Of a stretch of DNA of 54,572 nt, positions 9,844 through 17,459 are shown piece by piece (the first letter of the stretch is position 1; each line of letters opens with the position of its first letter). The position numbers were made by a program, and so were the translations under genes. Source of the DNA: Bryobacterales bacterium (lineage in GTDB: Bacteria > Acidobacteriota > Terriglobia > Bryobacterales > Bryobacteraceae); assembly GCA_043785065.1 (NCBI GenBank), contig JAYVXT010000108.1, positions 1 to 54,572 on the forward strand, read 5' to 3'. Under the pieces are notes generated by a model that worked only from the letters and a program-made list of their open reading frames with translations, searched no databases and was not told the origin of the DNA.

Positions 9844-10282
9844 ATGGCAACACAAGATCAAATCACGGCCAGCAAGGCCTTCAACACCTTCTCCACACAT
9901 GTCGTTTCCAGCTTCACCCAACCGCCGAAGGCATCGACCCTCTGCTGTCCGGCGCGAACAAAAAAGCCTCGCATCGCAACCTACCGCAAGCGAGCCGAAC
10001 GTACTTTCCATATGTGTTTGAAGGAAGTACCAGGCCCACCAAACCGCCCATCACTTGGACGAACCAATGCTGAAGAACGAACCCAAACTCCTTGAGTTTG
10101 CCTTCAAGACCGAGCCTTATGTCCGTCCGAACCCAATCGGCCGCAGCGAATCTTACCCGTGCCACACAGGCCGCAAATACAAGAACTACTATTGCGGAAC
10201 GAACCCAATTCCGCCTTCCCAGCGGTTTCGCAGTGGGGTTCGGCCAGTCGCCCGCTTCTCAAAGTCGTGTCATGGAGGATAG
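9844..10282 (+). pseudogene. Possible relic of a SEC-C-motif protein gene (frame-disrupted)
   Basis: At 10139-10198 the translation GRSESYPCHTGRKYKNYYCG aligns position-for-position with the SEC-C metal-binding consensus GRNDPCPCGSGKKYKKCCG, but two of the four Cys are Tyr. The surrounding reading frames are short and mutually out of frame. Confidence 0.3.
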
Positions 10283-10502
10283 GATGAGCCAGGCGAAGAC
10301 CATAGAGACGCCTCGGTTACAGTCCCAAATACCCACAAAGAGGGTTATGCCCCCCGCAACGGCGCTTTATTGAAATTGCGGAACAGCGCAATAATATGAA
10401 TGTGGATGACCCACGCAATTCTCTTTTGGCGCATTATGGTTTAGAGGAAGGCCAGAAAACATCTGATGGCTATTCGATTTCGTACCGATAAGTGAGGTAG
10501 CT

Positions 10503-11372
10503 ATGGTTTATCGTTTATTTCCGGCTGTGTTGGTCATCTTCATCGCCGCGGCCCTGCCGGCCAAAGCGCAACTCAGTGCGCGCCAGATTTTTTATGACGA
10601 TGGGAGCGATAAGAAGAATACGCCCCCGGCAAAACCGGCCATCGTAAACCCACCGAAGCCCAAAGCCGTGAAAAAAACTCCACCCGTACCCAAACCGGTA
10701 AAACCAAGCGAGGGAAATGAACCCGTAAAGATGAAGGGGCCGCCGGAGACAGTTTCACAGGCGCCTTATCAAGAGGTACAGGCCGTGCCTCTGGCTCTTC
10801 GCTACAGCATCTTGAAAATACTGCCTTCCGATGAATCCATGGAAGTGGATGCGGAGACCAGTTTCCGAACTGGCGACAAGATTCAATTAATGGTGGAGGG
10901 CAATCAGGCGGGGTATCTTTACATTTTCAGTCAAGGCACAAGTGGAACCTGGCGGCCCCTGTTCCCCTCATCGGAAGTAGAAAATGGCGACAACCGGATC
11001 CGCCCTCACAAACCTGTCATTCTTCCCGGGGAAAGTGAAGTCATAAAATTCGCGGGGAAACCAGGCAAGGAAAGGTTGTTCATACTCTTGTCGCGTAACC
11101 CCGACGAGGACATCGACAAACTCATCTACCAGCAAACAAGCAGCTCACGCACCATGATCGCAGCCGCGCCTATTAAGGGTTCGGCCGTGGACAAGCTCAA
11201 AGTGCAAGCGCGGGACCTGGTGATTGAGAGTGTCAAGGAAAAAGCGGCCGCCAGCGCGAGACCAATGGCCGGTTCGTCCGGCAGGATGAGTGAATCGGCA
11301 GTGTATGTTGCTACAAAAGATGTTTCCTTAAACGCCAAGGTGGTTGCGGAAATCAACCTCAAACACGAGTAG
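10503..11372 (+). CDS. Exported DUF4384-domain protein with Pro/Lys-rich linker
   Basis: The signal peptide is MVYRLFPAVLVIFIAAALPAKAQ. The linker is PPAKPAIVNPPKPKAVKKTPPVPKPVKP. The DUF4384-type core is FRTGDKIQLMVEGNQAGYLYIFSQGTSGTWRPLFPS...IRPHKPVILPG...FAGKPGKERLFILLS. GTGAGGTAG lies before the ATG. Confidence 0.75.
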   Translation: MVYRLFPAVLVIFIAAALPAKAQLSARQIFYDDGSDKKNTPPAKPAIVNPPKPKAVKKTPPVPKPVKPSEGNEPVKMKGPPETVSQAPYQEVQAVPLALRYSILKILPSDESMEVDAETSFRTGDKIQLMVEGNQAGYLYIFSQGTSGTWRPLFPSSEVENGDNRIRPHKPVILPGESEVIKFAGKPGKERLFILLSRNPDEDIDKLIYQQTSSSRTMIAAAPIKGSAVDKLKVQARDLVIESVKEKAAASARPMAGSSGRMSESAVYVATKDVSLNAKVVAEINLKHE

Positions 11373-11379
11373 GCGGCAC

Positions 11380-12084
11380 ATGAAAACGATTTCACTACTG
11401 CTACTTTCGGCTCTAGCTTCCTGTTGGGCGGCGGAGGCTCCGGTCAAGACGCAATGGATGGATATCATCCTGGAACGGCAACAGGCGTCCCTCTGGACAG
11501 CGGTTGAACCTGGTCTTGTGCTGAATCAAGGGGACATAATCCGCTTTCGCTTCCGCTCTAATTTCGATGGGTACCTGTATGTCACCAATCGCGGCTCAAG
11601 CGGAGCGGAAATGCTTCTATTCCCAAGAGAAGAAACCGGTAAAGCGAACCGCATTCAAGCGGGAAGGGACTACCTGATCCCAGCCACGGAAACACACTTC
11701 CGGATCTCCGGCCCCTCCGGCTACGATTCCATCTATTGGCTGGTTAGTCCGGTTTCCTTATCGGTGGGGCCGTCACTGCCAAAAATGACGGAATCCAACC
11801 TGCCTCCCGCCAATCCGCCAGGCAACGTCCAGCCACAACAGCCCGCCTCGCTAACTCCGCGTTGCGACCCTGCGCAGCTTCGCGCCCGTGGTTTTTGCAT
11901 CGATAGCGAAGCCGGTGTGCGAAACGTGGACGATCCTTCAAAGGCTCCGGCTAAAATCGCCCAGACTCCCGACCTACAACCGAGAGATTTAACTATGATA
12001 CAAAGCAAAAACAAGACTCGCATTTCCACCGGTGGCGCCATTGGTGGGCCCGTGGTTTACCAATTTCGTCTTGCCCATAATTAG
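11380..12084 (+). CDS. Exported DUF4384-domain protein (second paralog)
   Basis: ATG 11380 gives MKTISLLLLSALASCWAAEA, a signal peptide. The core is LNQGDIIRFRFRSNFDGYLYVTNRGSSGAEMLLFPREE...IQAGRDYLIPA...FRISGPSGYDSIYWLVSP, the same pattern as the preceding gene. Confidence 0.75.
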   Translation: MKTISLLLLSALASCWAAEAPVKTQWMDIILERQQASLWTAVEPGLVLNQGDIIRFRFRSNFDGYLYVTNRGSSGAEMLLFPREETGKANRIQAGRDYLIPATETHFRISGPSGYDSIYWLVSPVSLSVGPSLPKMTESNLPPANPPGNVQPQQPASLTPRCDPAQLRARGFCIDSEAGVRNVDDPSKAPAKIAQTPDLQPRDLTMIQSKNKTRISTGGAIGGPVVYQFRLAHN

Positions 12085-12156
12085 GCCGGAATTAATGACG
12101 CTAAAACACGCCGCACCGCGCTTTTATAGTAGAATGGCGCCAGTCATCCTCCTTTC

Positions 12157-14439
12157 ATGGCTAAAGACGCAATCTTAGAAGCCGACCTCGGCGGCATTCC
12201 GATCTCACCAGACGAACTGGCGGCGATCCCTGATTTTTCCGCCATTCGTAAAGAGATTTGGAGCAAGTTCCCCGGCGCCATCACCAAGAAAGTATTTAAA
12301 CCGGGTGAGATCATTATGCGGGAAGGCGAAAGCGGCTCAACCGCTTTTTACCTGCTTTCCGGTACTGTGGATATCTACATCAACAGTCCCATCGCCTCCG
12401 CCAAATCCAAACAGGGCAAATCCAAAAGCCTGTTCCAAGGCATCACCAAAATCACCAGCTACCTGAAGGGCATCCCGGAGCGCAACGAAAAAGGACGCGC
12501 CGTTCGGTCCCATATTCCCATTGATGCCTCGGTCGACCTGCCCATGGACAACCCCATCGCCTCCATTGGCCCTGGTGAGCTGATAGGCGAACTAGCCGCC
12601 TTGGCCGCCTTAAAGCAGGATCGCCTCAAGCGTCCCAAATTCTATCCGCGCTCGGCCACCGTTCGCGCTAAAACCGACGTCGAAATGCTGGAAATGTTGC
12701 CCAACATTTTGAACAACGTGCTCTACAACGCCCCTGCCTTCAAGGACAAGCTCAACAAGAACTACCGCACCCGCGCCCTTGACGCGCACTTCCGCTCCGT
12801 CCCCGTTTTCCGCGACGTCAGCCAGGAATTTCTCGACAAGCTGCGCGACCGCGTGGAACTGGTGGACGTCGTCCCCGGCCAAGTGATCTGTAAGCAGGGC
12901 GATGTGGCTGACGCCTTTTATCTGGTGAGGCTAGGGTTCGTGAAAGTGGCTCAGGATTTCCCTGGTGGCGAATTCGTGCTTACCTATCTTTCCCGCGGTT
13001 CTTACTTTGGCGAAATGGGCCTGCTTCCGCCCGTTTTCCGCGTCCGCGCCAAGGGCATCGAACCGGGGCAAACCGCCGAAGGAGCCCTAACATCGGAACC
13101 TCTCACATGCGGCCGCGCGCCGGAAGGCGAACGAGGTTTCGCCGCAGGCTGGGACGACTATATTTCCCGCGAGCATTTTCAAATGGCCGCTGAAGGCCGC
13201 CAAGTCCGCGTCACCAATCTTCCCTCGGGCAAGAACCCCATCCTGTTCCGCATGAAACCGGCCGATAGCTTCTTGATTTCACCCGGTGAGACTTTCGTTG
13301 TCGGCAACACAACGTTCGAAATCCTGGAAGATCCGTTCCTCACAGGCAAGCGCACCGCCACCTGCACTTCTATGGACTTCGTGCAGTTGGTGAAGATCAA
13401 GGCCGAAGACTTCGCTGCCATGCTGATCGAGTTCCCCTCGGTCAACGCCTCCATCACCGAAGTGGCGCGCGCCCGCCGTCAGATGGACATGCAGTTGTTG
13501 AACCGCGTCCAAACCGTTTCGCTCAACGACTTCTTAAAACAAGAACTGATGCAGGGTCAGAACCTGCTACTGATCGACCTGACTAAATGCACCCGTTGCG
13601 ACGAATGCGTCAAGGCTTGCGTTTCCACCCATACCGATTCGGTAACCCGCCTGATCCGCGACGGCCTGCGCTTCGACAAATACCTTGCGCCCACCAGTTG
13701 CCGCGCCTGCATGGACCCGCTCTGCATGACTCGTTGCCCGGTAGGTTCCATCCGCCGAAAAGAGTCGCTCGACATTGTGATTGAGGATTGGTGCATCGGC
13801 TGCGGCAACTGCGCCAATGACTGCCCCTATGGCAACATCAACGTCGTTGAACTGGTGAACGAAGGCGTCAAGGGGCAGAAGGCCGAACCCAAACCCAAAG
13901 CCGTCGTCTGCGATCTTTGCACCGAATACGCCGAACCCAATTGCGTGCGCGCCTGCCCGCACGACGCGGCTATCCGCGTTGAGCCGAAATCCTTCTTCGC
14001 TAAGGAACTTGCCGGCCTGCAACTAGCCGTTCCCAGCTTACCGGCCTCCGTCGCCCCGCAAGCCGCGGTCGAAGCTATGCCCGGCGGCGGCAATATGGAA
14101 ACACGCATCTATTCCAATGCCAGCGACCTGCTGCCGCTCTTGCCGCAATTGAAAATGGTGGAAGGCCCACGCCCAGGTTCTACATTGCAGTTGCGAATCC
14201 CCGCCACCACTTTTGGCCGCGGCGCCGAAAACGATTACCGCTTCGCCGACGACACGCAGCTTTCCCGCAACCATTGCCGCATCGTCATGGAAAACAGGCG
14301 CTTCATGCTGACCGACAACGGCTCCACCAACGGAACCTTCGTCAACGGCAACCAAGTGACGGAAATCGAACTGCGCTCCGGCGACTTGATTGAGTTCGGC
14401 GAGGTCAAGCTGGAATTCCACTCGGGGCAAATCCAATGA
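12157..14439 (+). CDS. Multidomain redox/signalling protein with four parts: cNMP-binding domain, cNMP-binding domain with a nested FHA-like insert, four-cluster [4Fe-4S] ferredoxin module (DmsB/NrfC/PsrB-like), and C-terminal FHA domain
   Basis: 760 aa.
- CNB1, about aa 30-190: GEIIMREGESGSTAFYLLSGTV ... GELAAL...RSATVRA.
- CNB2, about aa 212-440: FLDKLRDRVELVDVVPGQVICKQGDVADAFYLVRLG...YFGEMGLL [insert] KRTATCTS.
- FeS module, nt 13564-13989, 16 Cys in four motifs: CTRCDECVKAC, CRACMDPLCMTRCP, CIGCGNCANDCP, CDLCTEYAEPNCVRACP.
- FHA, nt 14152-14427, with all canonical residues: FGRG...SRNHCRI...STNGTFVNG...GDLIEFG.
- No Sec or Tat signal. Confidence 0.9.
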   Translation: MAKDAILEADLGGIPISPDELAAIPDFSAIRKEIWSKFPGAITKKVFKPGEIIMREGESGSTAFYLLSGTVDIYINSPIASAKSKQGKSKSLFQGITKITSYLKGIPERNEKGRAVRSHIPIDASVDLPMDNPIASIGPGELIGELAALAALKQDRLKRPKFYPRSATVRAKTDVEMLEMLPNILNNVLYNAPAFKDKLNKNYRTRALDAHFRSVPVFRDVSQEFLDKLRDRVELVDVVPGQVICKQGDVADAFYLVRLGFVKVAQDFPGGEFVLTYLSRGSYFGEMGLLPPVFRVRAKGIEPGQTAEGALTSEPLTCGRAPEGERGFAAGWDDYISREHFQMAAEGRQVRVTNLPSGKNPILFRMKPADSFLISPGETFVVGNTTFEILEDPFLTGKRTATCTSMDFVQLVKIKAEDFAAMLIEFPSVNASITEVARARRQMDMQLLNRVQTVSLNDFLKQELMQGQNLLLIDLTKCTRCDECVKACVSTHTDSVTRLIRDGLRFDKYLAPTSCRACMDPLCMTRCPVGSIRRKESLDIVIEDWCIGCGNCANDCPYGNINVVELVNEGVKGQKAEPKPKAVVCDLCTEYAEPNCVRACPHDAAIRVEPKSFFAKELAGLQLAVPSLPASVAPQAAVEAMPGGGNMETRIYSNASDLLPLLPQLKMVEGPRPGSTLQLRIPATTFGRGAENDYRFADDTQLSRNHCRIVMENRRFMLTDNGSTNGTFVNGNQVTEIELRSGDLIEFGEVKLEFHSGQIQ

Positions 14440-15404
14440 TCGTCGATCGCGGCCAGTTGCAATGGATCTATGCCACCACGGCCATCGCCATGGCCTCCAC
14501 CGCAGCCTACCTTGTGTACGCCGTCCTGTCGGCCAACGGCCCTCGCGCTGGCTCGGCAATGGGTTTGGTCTTCGGCTTTGCCGGCACGGGGATCATCATT
14601 TTTGAATGCCTGCTCAGCTTGCGAAAGAAGTACCCGGCCTCTCCGGTTGGCCGTGTCAGCTTGTGGATGCGCGCGCATGTGTGGCTGGGTCTGCTCAGCC
14701 TTTTGCTGATCCTGTTCCATTCGGGCTTCCATTGGGGGCGAGGCCTCGCTAGTCTGCTCATGTGGCTGTTCGCCATCATCGCTATAAGTGGAGTGGTAGG
14801 CGTCGCGCTTCAGAATTACATCCCCACGCGAATGATGGAGCTGGTTCGCCGCGAAACCATTTACGCCCAAATTCCCCACAACATTATTGAATTGCGCCGC
14901 GAGGCCGACGAGCGCACCGAGTTCGTCACGGCCGATCTTGGCGTTGAGGAAACCGACGTGGAATTCCAGCGCGCGGGCGGTGTGAAGCAGTACTTCGACC
15001 CTTCGCAAAAAGCCGGGGCCGCTGAAAAGCTAGCCGTATTTGTGGAGCAGCGCAGGAAGACCAGGCAGATCGACGTGGGCGACGAAGGAGCCGGCATTCT
15101 GCGCTCCCACTACCTGCAGGAGATCCGTCCCTACTTATTTCAAAAGCCGCAGCCGCTTTCCGGAAAGCTATTCCAGACCGAGCAATCCGTGCGCGCTTAC
15201 TTCAATTTCCTGCGCACCATCATGCCGGTGGCCGCGCATTCGGTCTTGACCGATCTGGAATCCATTTGCGAGGAGCGCCGGCAGCTTGCCGTGCAAACCC
15301 GCCTTCATCATTTATTGCATGGGTGGCTCTACTTGCACGTGCCGCTATCCATGGCGTTTCTGGTTCTAATTTTGATTCATGCGGTGGTGTCGCTCCGCTA
15401 CTAA
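14436..15404 (+). CDS. Integral membrane protein, 5 predicted TM helices and a ~165-aa cytoplasmic insert; candidate dihaem cytochrome-b-like (ferric-reductase/MsrQ-like) subunit
   Basis: The ATG overlaps the upstream stop (ATGA at 14436-14439). Hydrophobic segments lie at about aa 10-31, 41-62, 78-97, 103-127 and 295-320. Histidines sit at both ends of TM3 (RAHVWLG...LFHSGFHWG) and TM5 (LHHLLHGWLYLHVPL...LIHAVV). The RAHVWLGLLSLLLILFH pattern recalls ferric-reductase-domain haem-ligand helices. Coding status is confident; the cofactor assignment is inference. Confidence 0.6.
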   Translation: MIVDRGQLQWIYATTAIAMASTAAYLVYAVLSANGPRAGSAMGLVFGFAGTGIIIFECLLSLRKKYPASPVGRVSLWMRAHVWLGLLSLLLILFHSGFHWGRGLASLLMWLFAIIAISGVVGVALQNYIPTRMMELVRRETIYAQIPHNIIELRREADERTEFVTADLGVEETDVEFQRAGGVKQYFDPSQKAGAAEKLAVFVEQRRKTRQIDVGDEGAGILRSHYLQEIRPYLFQKPQPLSGKLFQTEQSVRAYFNFLRTIMPVAAHSVLTDLESICEERRQLAVQTRLHHLLHGWLYLHVPLSMAFLVLILIHAVVSLRY

Positions 15405-15405
15405 T

Positions 15406-16734
15406 ATGTCCAAAGAAGAAAAACCGATACCGTATGAATCGCGGATCATCGACACCAAGGGCACGGCCCAGAGGCTGGACCTGCGCTATCTCGAAAAGCC
15501 TAACCGCTTCATCGATCTGCGCAAGAAACTTACTTGGATCGCGCCGCTGGTTGCCGCCGTTGCCGCCATTCCGTTTCTAACCGGCATTGGCCCGCTCAAT
15601 AAAGTTTTCTCCAACGGCCCCATATCGAAGCCGCACGCCATTTTTGAGCAGAACTGCCAGCTATGCCACGCCAAAGCATTTTCCAAGGTGGCGGACGCAA
15701 GCTGCATCAAGTGCCACGACGGCCCAGCGCATCCAGCGAAGTTAGTGGACACAGGCAAGCAGAACCGCGACGTCCGCTGCGCTACTTGCCACCTGGAACA
15801 CAAGGGTTCAACCAATCTGAAGGAGGTCTCCAGCAAGAACTGCACCACCTGCCATGCCTCGCTCAATGAAAACGGCACAGGCGTGCATCTCAAGAATGTT
15901 TCGGTAAGCGCCTTCAAGGAAGGCAAGCATCCCAATTTCCCCGAGCCCGGTTTAATAGACAACCGCCCCTTGAAATTGAATCATGCCGCACACATGCCCA
16001 AGGACCCGAAGACAATTCGCGGCATGAAGCTGCCGATGAGGTGCACCGAATGCCACACCACTTCAGCAAACCTCGCCACCGGCGGCCTTGAGCCCGTCAC
16101 GTTCGAGGCTAATTGCAAAGACTGCCACAAGCGCGAACTGGAGTTCCTATTGCCCGGCCTCACGGCCCAGGCCTCTCCGGCGCCGCACACTAAGGACGTG
16201 GCCAAGATCCGCCAACACATTCTAGAAACCTATCAGCGGCTGGTGGCGGAAAATCCTTCCCTTACCATGCAGAGCCTTGATCGCGAAATGACCACCGAGC
16301 CCAGTCCTGCGGCGTGGATTGCGAAAGCTGCGAAGAAATCGGAACAATACTTATTTGAAAACAAGTGCAAGTACTGCCACGAATATGACGGCATGGACGA
16401 TGGCTTTCCCCTGATCAAAAAGGTAAACCGGATTCGTGGCCGTTACGTCGCCGATAAGCCCGAAGGCGAACCTTGGCTCGTGCGTGGGGAATTCGCCCAT
16501 CGCGCCCACCGCGCCGTGGACTGCTCATCCTGCCACTCCACCTCCAAAGCCAGCACCAAAACTTCCGACGTACTCATCGCCGGAATGAAGGATTGCGTGG
16601 CGTGCCATGGCAATAGCGGCACGGCCATCGACAACTGCTCACAGTGCCACCTATATCACAACAAGGCGAAAGAAAAAGACCATGACCGCCGCAGCGTGGA
16701 AGAACTGGTCGGCGCCTTAAGAGGAAGTTACTAA
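15406..16734 (+). CDS. Membrane-anchored decahaem c-type cytochrome
   Basis: Start at ATG 15406, 1 nt after the upstream stop. There is an N-terminal anchor helix (LTWIAPLVAAVAAIPFLTGIGPL) preceded by DLRKK. I counted ten CXXCH motifs: CQLCH, CIKCH, CATCH, CTTCH, CTECH, CKDCH, CKYCH, CSSCH, CVACH, CSQCH. Confidence 0.9.
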   Translation: MSKEEKPIPYESRIIDTKGTAQRLDLRYLEKPNRFIDLRKKLTWIAPLVAAVAAIPFLTGIGPLNKVFSNGPISKPHAIFEQNCQLCHAKAFSKVADASCIKCHDGPAHPAKLVDTGKQNRDVRCATCHLEHKGSTNLKEVSSKNCTTCHASLNENGTGVHLKNVSVSAFKEGKHPNFPEPGLIDNRPLKLNHAAHMPKDPKTIRGMKLPMRCTECHTTSANLATGGLEPVTFEANCKDCHKRELEFLLPGLTAQASPAPHTKDVAKIRQHILETYQRLVAENPSLTMQSLDREMTTEPSPAAWIAKAAKKSEQYLFENKCKYCHEYDGMDDGFPLIKKVNRIRGRYVADKPEGEPWLVRGEFAHRAHRAVDCSSCHSTSKASTKTSDVLIAGMKDCVACHGNSGTAIDNCSQCHLYHNKAKEKDHDRRSVEELVGALRGSY

Positions 16735-16737
16735 ACC

Positions 16738-17454
16738 ATGCAACTGTTCGGACTCTGCCATATTGGCCGCGTGCGCCAAAATAACGAGGACTGCCTGCGA
16801 ATCGAACCGGACCTCAACACAGTGATTGTCGCCGACGGAATGGGCGGGGCGAACGCCGGTGAAGTGGCCTCGGCCATCACAGTCGAAACCATTGTTGAGT
16901 ACCTTCGCAATCCACCGGAAACGCTTGCCGTTGCCGAGCGAATCAAAGAAGCCATCCGCGCCGCGAATGCTAAGGTTTGGCGGACGGCCCAGCAGCGTCC
17001 GGAATGCTCGGGCATGGGTTCCACTATCGTCATGGCCCATTGGGAAGGCGATCAGATTTGGATCCAAAATGCGGGCGATAGCCGGGCCTACCGTCTGCGG
17101 AATGGCGAACTGACGCAGCTCTCCTACGATCAGAATTTGGGCAATGACCTTCGCCACTCGCTTGGCTTGACCGCCGAGCAAGTCAAAAAATACCCGCAAC
17201 GCAACGTCCTAACCATGGCTGTAGGCGTAGGCAGCGACATTTTGGTGCGCTGCTATGAGGAGCCGATGGAACCGGGCGACACCTACTTGCTCTGCTCCGA
17301 CGGACTTTACGGGCCAGTTAAGGAGCCCGAACTTTTGGAAATCATGAAGAGCCCGCTTCCATTGCCAGCCTTGGCGGCTACGCTGGTGGACCGGGCCAAC
17401 GCAAATGGCGGCCCAGACAATATCACGGTGGCGCTTTTGCGTCATGATAAATAG
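16738..17454 (+). CDS. PP2C-family Ser/Thr protein phosphatase (Stp-like)
   Basis: 238 aa with RVRQNNEDC, VADGMGGANAGEVAS, LLCSDGL and GGPDNITVALL, the PP2C metal-binding motifs. It begins 3 nt after the cytochrome stop. Confidence 0.9.
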   Translation: MQLFGLCHIGRVRQNNEDCLRIEPDLNTVIVADGMGGANAGEVASAITVETIVEYLRNPPETLAVAERIKEAIRAANAKVWRTAQQRPECSGMGSTIVMAHWEGDQIWIQNAGDSRAYRLRNGELTQLSYDQNLGNDLRHSLGLTAEQVKKYPQRNVLTMAVGVGSDILVRCYEEPMEPGDTYLLCSDGLYGPVKEPELLEIMKSPLPLPALAATLVDRANANGGPDNITVALLRHDK

Positions 17455-17459
17455 GATCC

